A stretch of DNA of 64,000 nucleotides from Candidatus Woesearchaeota archaeon (GTDB lineage: Archaea > Nanobdellota > Nanobdellia > Woesearchaeales > JAZDKJ01): contig JAZDKJ010000006.1 of the NCBI GenBank assembly GCA_043803105.1, positions 448,001 to 512,000 on the forward strand, given 5' to 3'. Below the pieces are notes generated by a model. That model was not told where the DNA came from and did no database searches. It was given only the letters and a program-made list of their open reading frames with translations. Both the position numbers and the translations under genes were made by a program. This document shows, piece after piece, positions 56,948-64,000 of this stretch; positions within the stretch are counted from its first letter, which is position 1; each line of letters begins with the position of its first letter.

Positions 56948-59137
56948 ATGCAAAAAACAGAATTCCAGGTATCGGGTATGCATTGCGCCAGCTGCGCTGC
57001 TATCATAGACAGGGCGCTGCAAAAGACTCCTGGAGTCCTGAAATCAAACGTCAATTACGCTAACGCTAATGCACTGGTTGTTTTTGACGAAAGTAAAGTG
57101 GATGAGCACGCTCTGATCCAGACCATAAAAAGGGCTGGATATGGCGCAGAAACTGTTGGTGCCAACACCGCAGTTGCGCAGGAAGAGCGGCAAAGATATG
57201 AATATCAGCTTACCAAGGCATATTTCTATTTTGGTTTGCTTTTTGCGATTCCCGCATTCATCATCGGCATGGTCTTGATGTGGTTTGGCATTGACATCCC
57301 TTACAAGGGATTTATCCTTTTGCTTTTGGCCACTCCAGTCCAGTTTGTTGTTGGCTGGCAGTTTTACAGGGGTGCTTTTCATGCCCTCAGAAACAAGACA
57401 GCAAATATGGACACTCTTATCGCTGTCGGCACGAGCGCAGCCTATTTCTACAGCCTTTATGCTGTGCTTTTCGAACCAACACTTGAGCAGTATTTTGAGA
57501 TTTCAGCGATCCTCATAACCCTTGTGATGATGGGAAAGCTTCTTGAGGCCCGGGCAAAAGGAAAGACCTCTGAGGCAATTAAGAAGCTTATGAGCATCGC
57601 CCCAAAAACAGCCAGGATAATTCGCAATGGCAAGGAGTCTGTTGTCGATATTGAGGAAGTCAGGCTTGCAGACATTATTGTCATCAAGCCCGGAGACCGG
57701 ATTCCCGTGGATGGCAAGCTTGTTGATGGCAATTCCTCTGTTGACGAGAGCATGGTAACTGGTGAAAGCATCCCTGTTGAGAAGAGAAAGGGTGATTTCG
57801 TCTACGCTGGGACAATAAACAAGAATGGCTCTTTTCGGTTTTCTGCTACAAAGGTGGGCAAGGACACGACTTTGTCGAGGATTATCCAACTAATTAGGGA
57901 AGCCCAGGGCACCAAGGCGCCTATACAGCGTTTTGCTGACATGATTTCAGCATATTTCGTTCCGATTGTTATTGGTCTTGCATTGCTGAACTTTGGTGTC
58001 TGGTTGCTCTTGATGCACAGCAGTATTTCATTCGCTCTCATCACTTCTGTTGCAGTCCTTGTGATAGCATGTCCGTGTGCACTTGGCCTTGCCACTCCAA
58101 CTGCTATAATGGTTGGGGTTGGAAAGGGCGCCCAGAATGGAATTCTTATTCGTGGTGGAGAAGCTTTAGAGACAGCCCAGAAGTTAAAATACATTGTGCT
58201 TGACAAGACCGGTGCAATAACCAAAGGCACCCCAGAGCTGACAGACATAACTCCCTTTTCAAATAATTCTCCTGATTATGTGCTGTCCCTGGCAGCATCG
58301 CTTGAGAAGGATTCTGAGCATCCATTGGCTGATGCAATAGTCAAGGCTGCAGCACAGAAAAAGCTTCGCACCTCTGCCTTAAAAGGGTTTAAGGCTACTC
58401 CAGGCATGGGTGTTTCTGGCAAGGTGCAGGGAAAGCAGGTCTATCTTGGCAACCAAAAGCTTATGCATAATTTTGGCATCCCTACAGCATCTGTAGACAG
58501 GCAGGCAGTAGCGCTTGAGCAAGAAGGCAAGACTGTGATGTTTGTTGCTGTTGGCAAGAAAATCATTGGGCTTGTTGCAGTGGCTGATTCTGTCAAGGAT
58601 AATTCTGCGAAGGCGATAACTGCCTTAAAGAGCCTAGGTTTGCAGGTATACATGATTACTGGCGACAATGAAAGAACTGCGAAAGCTGTTGCCTCCAGGG
58701 TTGGTATAACCAATGTCTTTGCTGGCGTGCTTCCTGAAGACAAGGTGAACTATGTTAAAGAGCTGCAGAAAAAAGGCAAGGTGGCCATGGTGGGCGACGG
58801 AATAAATGATGCTCCTGCCCTTGCACAGGCTGACATCGGAATAGCCATGGGCTCAGGCACTGATGTTGCTATGGAGACAGGAAACATTGTTCTTATGAAA
58901 AACGATCTGCTTGATGTGCCTAGGGCCATTCGGTTAAGCAAGCTTACTATGTCAAAGATAAGGCAGAACATGTTTTGGGCCTTGATTTACAATACGCTCG
59001 GAATTCCTGTTGCTGCAGGTTTGCTGTATCCCTTCACAGGCTGGCTTCTATCTCCTGTGATTGCCGGTGCCGCAATGGCATTAAGCTCAGTCAGCGTCGT
59101 TACAAACAGCCTTCTGCTCAAAGCTAAGAGGATTTGA
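56948..59137 (+). CDS. copA: Cu(I)-exporting P1B-type ATPase
   Basis: GMHCASC, TGES, CPCALGLA, DKTGA, SEHP, GDGINDAP, YN and MALSS. Confidence 0.94.
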   Translation: MQKTEFQVSGMHCASCAAIIDRALQKTPGVLKSNVNYANANALVVFDESKVDEHALIQTIKRAGYGAETVGANTAVAQEERQRYEYQLTKAYFYFGLLFAIPAFIIGMVLMWFGIDIPYKGFILLLLATPVQFVVGWQFYRGAFHALRNKTANMDTLIAVGTSAAYFYSLYAVLFEPTLEQYFEISAILITLVMMGKLLEARAKGKTSEAIKKLMSIAPKTARIIRNGKESVVDIEEVRLADIIVIKPGDRIPVDGKLVDGNSSVDESMVTGESIPVEKRKGDFVYAGTINKNGSFRFSATKVGKDTTLSRIIQLIREAQGTKAPIQRFADMISAYFVPIVIGLALLNFGVWLLLMHSSISFALITSVAVLVIACPCALGLATPTAIMVGVGKGAQNGILIRGGEALETAQKLKYIVLDKTGAITKGTPELTDITPFSNNSPDYVLSLAASLEKDSEHPLADAIVKAAAQKKLRTSALKGFKATPGMGVSGKVQGKQVYLGNQKLMHNFGIPTASVDRQAVALEQEGKTVMFVAVGKKIIGLVAVADSVKDNSAKAITALKSLGLQVYMITGDNERTAKAVASRVGITNVFAGVLPEDKVNYVKELQKKGKVAMVGDGINDAPALAQADIGIAMGSGTDVAMETGNIVLMKNDLLDVPRAIRLSKLTMSKIRQNMFWALIYNTLGIPVAAGLLYPFTGWLLSPVIAGAAMALSSVSVVTNSLLLKAKRI

Positions 59138-59510
59138 AAATCTTCCTCAGGATTGCATAGGCTGCCAAGGGAATTGCAGCATACAAGAACTTTCTTTTTT
59201 TTGTTGGTTCATTTGTTCCTGTTTTCTCCTGTGCTATTACTTTCTGTTCCAAAGAAGCTTGGACTGTTATTTCTTGCCTGCAATTTTCTGCATTTTTCTC
59301 CAGGCTTTTTTTCGTCCTCTGTGATTGCAGCTCAAGCACTTCGTGAATGATGAGCATCTGTGTGAGCTTTCCTTGGTCTGTTAGGTAAGGGCACATCCTG
59401 TCAAACCCTGCCTTGAGCTCCTGATATTTTCTTGTCTCTCCGTACAGCACCCTTAACTTTGCAAAGAGGTCTTTTTCAACAGCGTTTAGATTTTTTTCGT
59501 CCTCTTCCAT
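59124..59510 (-). CDS. Hypothetical protein with a C-terminal hydrophobic tail
   Basis: ORF with a short C-terminal hydrophobic segment. Confidence 0.5.
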   Translation of the reverse strand: MEEDEKNLNAVEKDLFAKLRVLYGETRKYQELKAGFDRMCPYLTDQGKLTQMLIIHEVLELQSQRTKKSLEKNAENCRQEITVQASLEQKVIAQEKTGTNEPTKKRKFLYAAIPLAAYAILRKIFKSS

Positions 59511-59594
59511 CACGCTTCTCTGCCTTAACGATTATTTAAGTTTATATGAAGGCAAAGCAATATATTTATAAGGACACATTTGTTGCTTCTGGCC

Positions 59595-60755
59595 ATGAAC
59601 ATTGCTGTAGTTTGTGATTCCTTGACTTTCATGAAATCCGGTAATATTGTTTCTACCTTGAGGTTTGCAGAGCTTTTGAATCGAAGGGGTCATAAGATCG
59701 TATTTATCTCTTCCAAGGATGGGAACAAAGACAGCTTGACTTTCCTCAAAGGCATGAAGGTCTATAGGTTTTTTTCCATGCCTCTGCCAGGCAGCTCAGG
59801 TCAATACCATGTTTCCTTGCCCACAGTCTCCAAGCTGAGAAAGGTTTTGGTTGACGAAAAGATCGAGCTTGTTCATCTGATTGACCCGACCTTGGCAAGC
59901 CTTGTTGCCATTCGGGCAGCAGGCCAGCTGGGAATAAAGAAGGTTGCCCATGGCCATACTCAACCTGAAAACCTTTATATGCAGCTGCCAAAAATATTCA
60001 GGCCGCACAGGCTAACCCCTTTGATATACTGGTTGATGCTTGAAGTGTATCATAGGTCAGATGCTCTTGTTTGCCCCTCAGAATTCGCTGGTTGCTTGTT
60101 AAGAAAACAAGACCCAAAATTGGAGTACTCGGTAATCAGCAATGGTGTTGACTTGAAAAGGTTTAGGAAAAGCTCTCCTGTCTCTTTCATGAAAAAATAC
60201 GGACTTTCAACTGAGCATAAGCACCTCTTGTTTGTTGGCAGGCTAAGTGCTGAGAAGAACATCGAAACACTTATAAGAGCCATGCCTCATATATTATCAG
60301 GGCTCAAGGACGCACATTTGGTCATTGTAGGTTCAGGAAAGGAAAGGCCTAAGCTCGAGTCTTTGGTAAATAGGTTGGGGCTTAAGGGCAAGGTAGATTT
60401 CCTAGGTCGCATTCCTGACGAAGAGCTTCATCTTGCTTACAACGCCGCTTGCATCTTTGTTTTGCCGTCTATGGCAGAGCTTGAGGGCATGGTTGTCCTT
60501 GAAGCTATGGCTTGTGGTAAGCCAATCCTGGTGGCAAATTCAAGGAATAGTGCTTCAGTCGAATTGGTTCAGGGGAACGGTTTTGCTTTCAAGCCAAAAG
60601 ATCCAAAGGATTTGGCCTCAAAGGCACTGATTCTGCTCACTGACCAAAAGCTTATGTCTAAGATGAGTAAGCAGAGTTTGAGGAACAGTAAGCATTATGA
60701 TATCAGTAATAGTGTTACCAAGCTTGAGAAGCTTTTTGTTAAGGTTATATCTTAG
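59595..60755 (+). CDS. Glycosyltransferase family 4 (glycolipid synthase-like)
   Basis: HTQPEN, ISNGVD, FVGRLSAEKN, ELEGMVVLEAMACGKP. Confidence 0.9.
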   Translation: MNIAVVCDSLTFMKSGNIVSTLRFAELLNRRGHKIVFISSKDGNKDSLTFLKGMKVYRFFSMPLPGSSGQYHVSLPTVSKLRKVLVDEKIELVHLIDPTLASLVAIRAAGQLGIKKVAHGHTQPENLYMQLPKIFRPHRLTPLIYWLMLEVYHRSDALVCPSEFAGCLLRKQDPKLEYSVISNGVDLKRFRKSSPVSFMKKYGLSTEHKHLLFVGRLSAEKNIETLIRAMPHILSGLKDAHLVIVGSGKERPKLESLVNRLGLKGKVDFLGRIPDEELHLAYNAACIFVLPSMAELEGMVVLEAMACGKPILVANSRNSASVELVQGNGFAFKPKDPKDLASKALILLTDQKLMSKMSKQSLRNSKHYDISNSVTKLEKLFVKVIS

Positions 60756-61350
60756 TTCTTTCTATCTTAGTGAACCATTTCTTCAGGAATTTCTGGTACA
60801 TAAACCAGCCCACAATAATAAGCACCATTAAGCCGATAACTGAGACCTCAACGTAGTTTGTGACCCTCGCCACTGCGTTGAAAGCAACCCCTGTGTAAAA
60901 CCCGACAGCAGTGTAGAATATTCCCATCAGCAGGCTTATCAATACCGAGTAAAACAAGAACTTTTTCATTTGTACTCCTGCCGCTCCTGCCGCAATCAAT
61001 CCTGGAAGTGGCAATGGGGGGATCACCTTGATAATGGACATCGCCTTCCCAGTGTGTTTCTTTAGTCCTCTTTCCATCTTGATAAACATTGATTTTTTAA
61101 CATTGAACATCTTGATGTATTTTTCCAGTATGCTCTTTCTGCTAATCGAGCCCACCCAATAATAGACCAGGTCTCCAGCAACATTGGCAGCTGTTGATAA
61201 GGCAAGAATAATGTAGACATTGAATATCCCTAAGGACGCTGCGAATCCTGCAGCTGCTGTGACAACTGGCCCTTCAATGAACATAAGCACGAAGATTATA
61301 ACATAGCCTTCCCTTTGGATTGTCGACAGGACAGCTTGGAAGGTGCTCAT
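60745..61350 (-). CDS. DedA/VTT family membrane protein
   Basis: GYVIIFVLMFIEGP..AGF..GDLVYYWVG..AGAAG..KKFLFY. Confidence 0.88.
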   Translation of the reverse strand: MSTFQAVLSTIQREGYVIIFVLMFIEGPVVTAAAGFAASLGIFNVYIILALSTAANVAGDLVYYWVGSISRKSILEKYIKMFNVKKSMFIKMERGLKKHTGKAMSIIKVIPPLPLPGLIAAGAAGVQMKKFLFYSVLISLLMGIFYTAVGFYTGVAFNAVARVTNYVEVSVIGLMVLIIVGWFMYQKFLKKWFTKIERTKI

Positions 61351-61931
61351 TTTTGTGTGGCTCTCAATACTGCCTTCTGCAATAGGTTTGTTGGAATAAC
61401 CAATAGGAAAAAGGATAGCGGCAGCCAAATGAAACTGTACAAGGGTGGAGTGTATCCCAAAAAGTTTGAGTTGTAAACATAATTTACGTTTCTATTGGCT
61501 GGTGTTAAGATGAGGGATGCAATGAACATCACCAACAAAATCGCGCTAGAGTAGGCAATCGTATTTCCATCAGCTTCGTAGCAGTAAGTTAGGTAAAACA
61601 CACAAGTTAGGAGCAGGTGCAGAACAAAGGACACTACTGCGTAAAATATTCCATATGAAAATATTCCCGAAAAACCCCAATAATTGAAGCCGAAGAATAA
61701 TTCGCCAAAAAAATTGAAAAGAAAGATTATCTGGCTTATTAGACCTAAATTAATCACTGCCTTCATAAAAGCCATGCTGTCAAACATAATCGCTAAAACC
61801 AACAGCATCGGTGCAAAGTCACAGAACCAAACGAAGGAAACATAGTCAGAAACTAGCACATTCCTGATTATGACTAGTATCTGCAATCCAACAAAGACCC
61901 CTATCCAATATTTTTTATTTTCCTCAAGCAT
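61347..61931 (-). CDS. Polytopic membrane protein (YwaF/TMEM164-like)
   Basis: About 6 TM; WFCD, H, NVNY motifs. Confidence 0.5.
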   Translation of the reverse strand: MLEENKKYWIGVFVGLQILVIIRNVLVSDYVSFVWFCDFAPMLLVLAIMFDSMAFMKAVINLGLISQIIFLFNFFGELFFGFNYWGFSGIFSYGIFYAVVSFVLHLLLTCVFYLTYCYEADGNTIAYSSAILLVMFIASLILTPANRNVNYVYNSNFLGYTPPLYSFIWLPLSFFLLVIPTNLLQKAVLRATQK

Positions 61932-62086
61932 GGTTTCAGAATCATAAAAGCTTACGACTTTTGTGTTAATAAATGTTCGTAAATATGCGAGGGGAGCGCA
62001 ATAACCGTATAGTTTAATGCGTCTTCTTTTTCTTTATATACTTTTGCTTCTGTTGTTTTGCAGTATAGAAAAACTTAAATACTTAC

Positions 62087-62107
62087 TTATCTGATAATAT
62101 CAGATAA
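62087..62107. promoter_or_regulatory. Palindromic operator downstream of the TATA box of the AbrB-integrase operon
   Basis: TTATCTGATA-A-TATCAGATAA after AAAAACTTAAATA. Confidence 0.65.
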
Positions 62108-62127
62108 AGCATTTAGAGGTCAAAAAA

Positions 62128-62559
62128 ATGGTTCTGGAAATAAAAAAAGAGAAACACAAGTTTGAGGCCACAATCACCAGGAACGGAACAAGCCTGTGCA
62201 TCAACATCCCTGCCAGGCTGACAAGAAAGCTGCCCTTAAATGTTGGGGACGACGTTGATATTGAACTGTCCCGACACTATATTGAATTGCAACAGGACAC
62301 TTATGACTTCTTGGCTTTGCTCCAGCACAAACCAGAAGTTAAAGGGTATAGTAAGGTTGAACTTTTGTCCTACATGGTTCTCAAACATGGAGCTGCAAAA
62401 GACCACAAGCAATTCTCTGAAGTGCTGGATGGGTTTACTGCAACAGACAAAAAACGCCTGCTGGAACTAGACAAATTGCACCTTAACATAGGCTTGACAG
62501 AAGTCCCAGAGAAAGCTGAACAGAACACCAAGGCAACACCTGACAAAAAGGAGAGGTGA
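62128..62559 (+). CDS. AbrB/MazE-like DNA-binding protein
   Basis: TITRNGTSLCINIPARL..LNVGDDVDIEL. Confidence 0.75.
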   Translation: MVLEIKKEKHKFEATITRNGTSLCINIPARLTRKLPLNVGDDVDIELSRHYIELQQDTYDFLALLQHKPEVKGYSKVELLSYMVLKHGAAKDHKQFSEVLDGFTATDKKRLLELDKLHLNIGLTEVPEKAEQNTKATPDKKER

Positions 62560-63449
62560 CCAAGATGTTATGCCAAAACCACGTCCAACCAGAAGTTTTC
62601 GCTAAAGAAAAAGCTGCCGTCATCTACAAAGAAGTGGTGGACGAAAGAGGCCGATTCATCAGGCCGGAAGAGTTCCAGTGGCTACTGGCCTACTTCAGAG
62701 ACAGATACGACCCCAGAAGGCTAGTCCTGGCCTTAACCTACTGCGTCGGGCTAAGGATCCATGATGCCACGAGGATTCGCATAAACAATTTCAACGAGGA
62801 CTTTACCTACATGCGCATGCAGCAATGCAAAGCGCATGTGGTCAAAAAAAATGGTTTGACCAGGGTAACTTCCAAAACCAAAAACCACCCTTTGCCCGAA
62901 TGGTTAAGTGCTGACATTCGAGGTTACGCTCAGTACCGGCTAGCAGTAGGCCACTACTTGAAAGTCGGCTGCGATAGCAAAAGACTGTTCCCCTCAGTGG
63001 AAAAAAGACAATTCTACTGCTTATTTGACAAACTCCGCAAGCGATATGGTGACGAACAACCGTGGCTCAGAGAAATTTGGTACATCGAAAAAAGATACGC
63101 TGCTGATGGACGGCTTATCGTCACAATCCCGAAGTTCAGAGTTGCCCCGCATATGGGCCGGGCCATGCATGCTTGCGCTGCCAGAGCCGTCTGTGACGGC
63201 GACCTCTCAAGTGCTCGGCTGATAACCGGCCATAATGAGATGAAAGACATCCAGAGGTACACCCGGTACTCAGAGGTGGATGCCAAGAAGCAGGAGCTCG
63301 TTGACAGGTTTATGACTCCATTAAACCAAGTGCAGCCAATTCCTTTAACTAAAGACCAGAGAACCCTTGAAACTTTTGGCTTCCCAAAATTCAGGTTCAT
63401 GGAAAATCCTTCAACAAAAGAAGGAAAAAACATAATAAGCCACAATTAA
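62556..63449 (+). CDS. Tyrosine recombinase/integrase (catalytic domain, short N-terminus)
   Basis: VGLRIHD (R), K-rich strand, PHMGR (HxxR), ITGH (H), IQRY (Y). Confidence 0.85.
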   Translation: MTKMLCQNHVQPEVFAKEKAAVIYKEVVDERGRFIRPEEFQWLLAYFRDRYDPRRLVLALTYCVGLRIHDATRIRINNFNEDFTYMRMQQCKAHVVKKNGLTRVTSKTKNHPLPEWLSADIRGYAQYRLAVGHYLKVGCDSKRLFPSVEKRQFYCLFDKLRKRYGDEQPWLREIWYIEKRYAADGRLIVTIPKFRVAPHMGRAMHACAARAVCDGDLSSARLITGHNEMKDIQRYTRYSEVDAKKQELVDRFMTPLNQVQPIPLTKDQRTLETFGFPKFRFMENPSTKEGKNIISHN

Positions 63450-63460
63450 CCATTTTTGCG

Positions 63461-63568
63461 ATGTCCGATCAAGAAGCAAAGCGCAGAGTAGCCAAAGCGC
63501 GGGACAAGCTCACAACAGAAGAGCAAAATATAATCAAACTCATTGGATGGGCCCCAGAAGAAGAATAG
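63461..63568 (+). CDS. Small hypothetical protein
   Basis: Manual translation MSDQEAKRRVAKARDKLTTEEQKIIKLIGWAPEEE. Confidence 0.35.
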   Translation: MSDQEAKRRVAKARDKLTTEEQNIIKLIGWAPEEE

Positions 63569-63645
63569 CAAGAATACAAGGCCTTGCTAACATTAGAACT
63601 TGTCAAATAGCAAAATATATTAAGACGTAAACAATTGGTTAAGTC

Positions 63646-63774
63646 ATGGAAGTAACAACCAGAAACCAAGAGCTAACCCTAAAAGTGTTTCTTTTGCTGA
63701 TTGCAGCACTTGAAGCCACTGGTTGGGGATTGTTTTTGGCCATGAAGTGGTCTATTGAGCTCTGGCTTAAGTAA
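63646..63774 (+). CDS. Small hydrophobic protein
   Basis: Manual translation MEVTTRNQELTLKVFLLLIAALEATGWGLFLAMKWSIELWLK; TATA-like ATATTAA upstream. Confidence 0.35.
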   Translation: MEVTTRNQELTLKVFLLLIAALEATGWGLFLAMKWSIELWLK

Positions 63775-64000
63775 GCCAACTCTGCCGGGAAGTCCGGCAA
63801 TCTTTTCTTCAGTAAACCTTTGTGCAAATTACAATATACAAATCCGTATATTTTTGTTTGGGTTGGATGCAACGCCAGGAAGTGCCTACAAAACGGCTCT
63901 AGTATATCCCAAGGTATACTTTCTAGCCCTTCCAGGTTATACTTTTTGTGCCTGTTTTTCCAAATCCTGAGCCTTATCGCGCAGTCTGGCCTTAACCTCA

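Larger units (their letters stand above)
61986..64000. mobile_element. Left end of a putative integrated element (provirus/plasmid), continues beyond the window
   Basis: Tyrosine integrase + AbrB-like gene + tiny ORFs; candidate att core TGCGAGGGGAG (reverse complement of a tRNA-Leu-like 3' end) at 61986-61996. Confidence 0.55.

Overview
Archaeal chromosomal segment, most likely from a DPANN archaeon (Woesearchaeota-like). Evidence for an archaeon: S19e/PDCD5/L39e/L31e/Cbf5 cluster, BRE-TATA promoters and an intron-containing tRNA-Arg(TCG) with a BHB motif. The DPANN call is an inference from the bacterial-type eno/gpmA/galT genes and the many small TA modules. Layout: (1) 1-12.8 kb housekeeping genes, an ABC transporter with a membrane-tethered wHTH regulator, and a tRNA whose two ends are duplicated in its flanks. 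(2) 12.8-37.3 kb cell-surface locus: galT-vanZ-galE-like, five tandem secreted Cys-rich PEF-CTERM proteins, DUF1616 genes, an AT-rich glycosylation operon ending in an exosortase/archaeosortase, and a large membrane-anchored surface protein. (3) 37.4-51.8 kb dense array of toxin-antitoxin and MNT-HEPN modules with several decayed remnants, plus an orphan coiled-coil/LysM operon. (4) 54.2-59.1 kb copper-handling cluster headed by a second membrane-tethered wHTH protein with a Cys/His/Met loop. (5) From about 62 kb, the left end of a putative integrated element with a tyrosine integrase. Best candidates for new biology: a complete PEF-CTERM/archaeosortase/glycosylation system in a probable DPANN archaeon, and transmembrane one-component regulators with a shared TGAAAC operator motif, one possibly sensing copper. 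All family calls are by motif recognition; no database searches were run.
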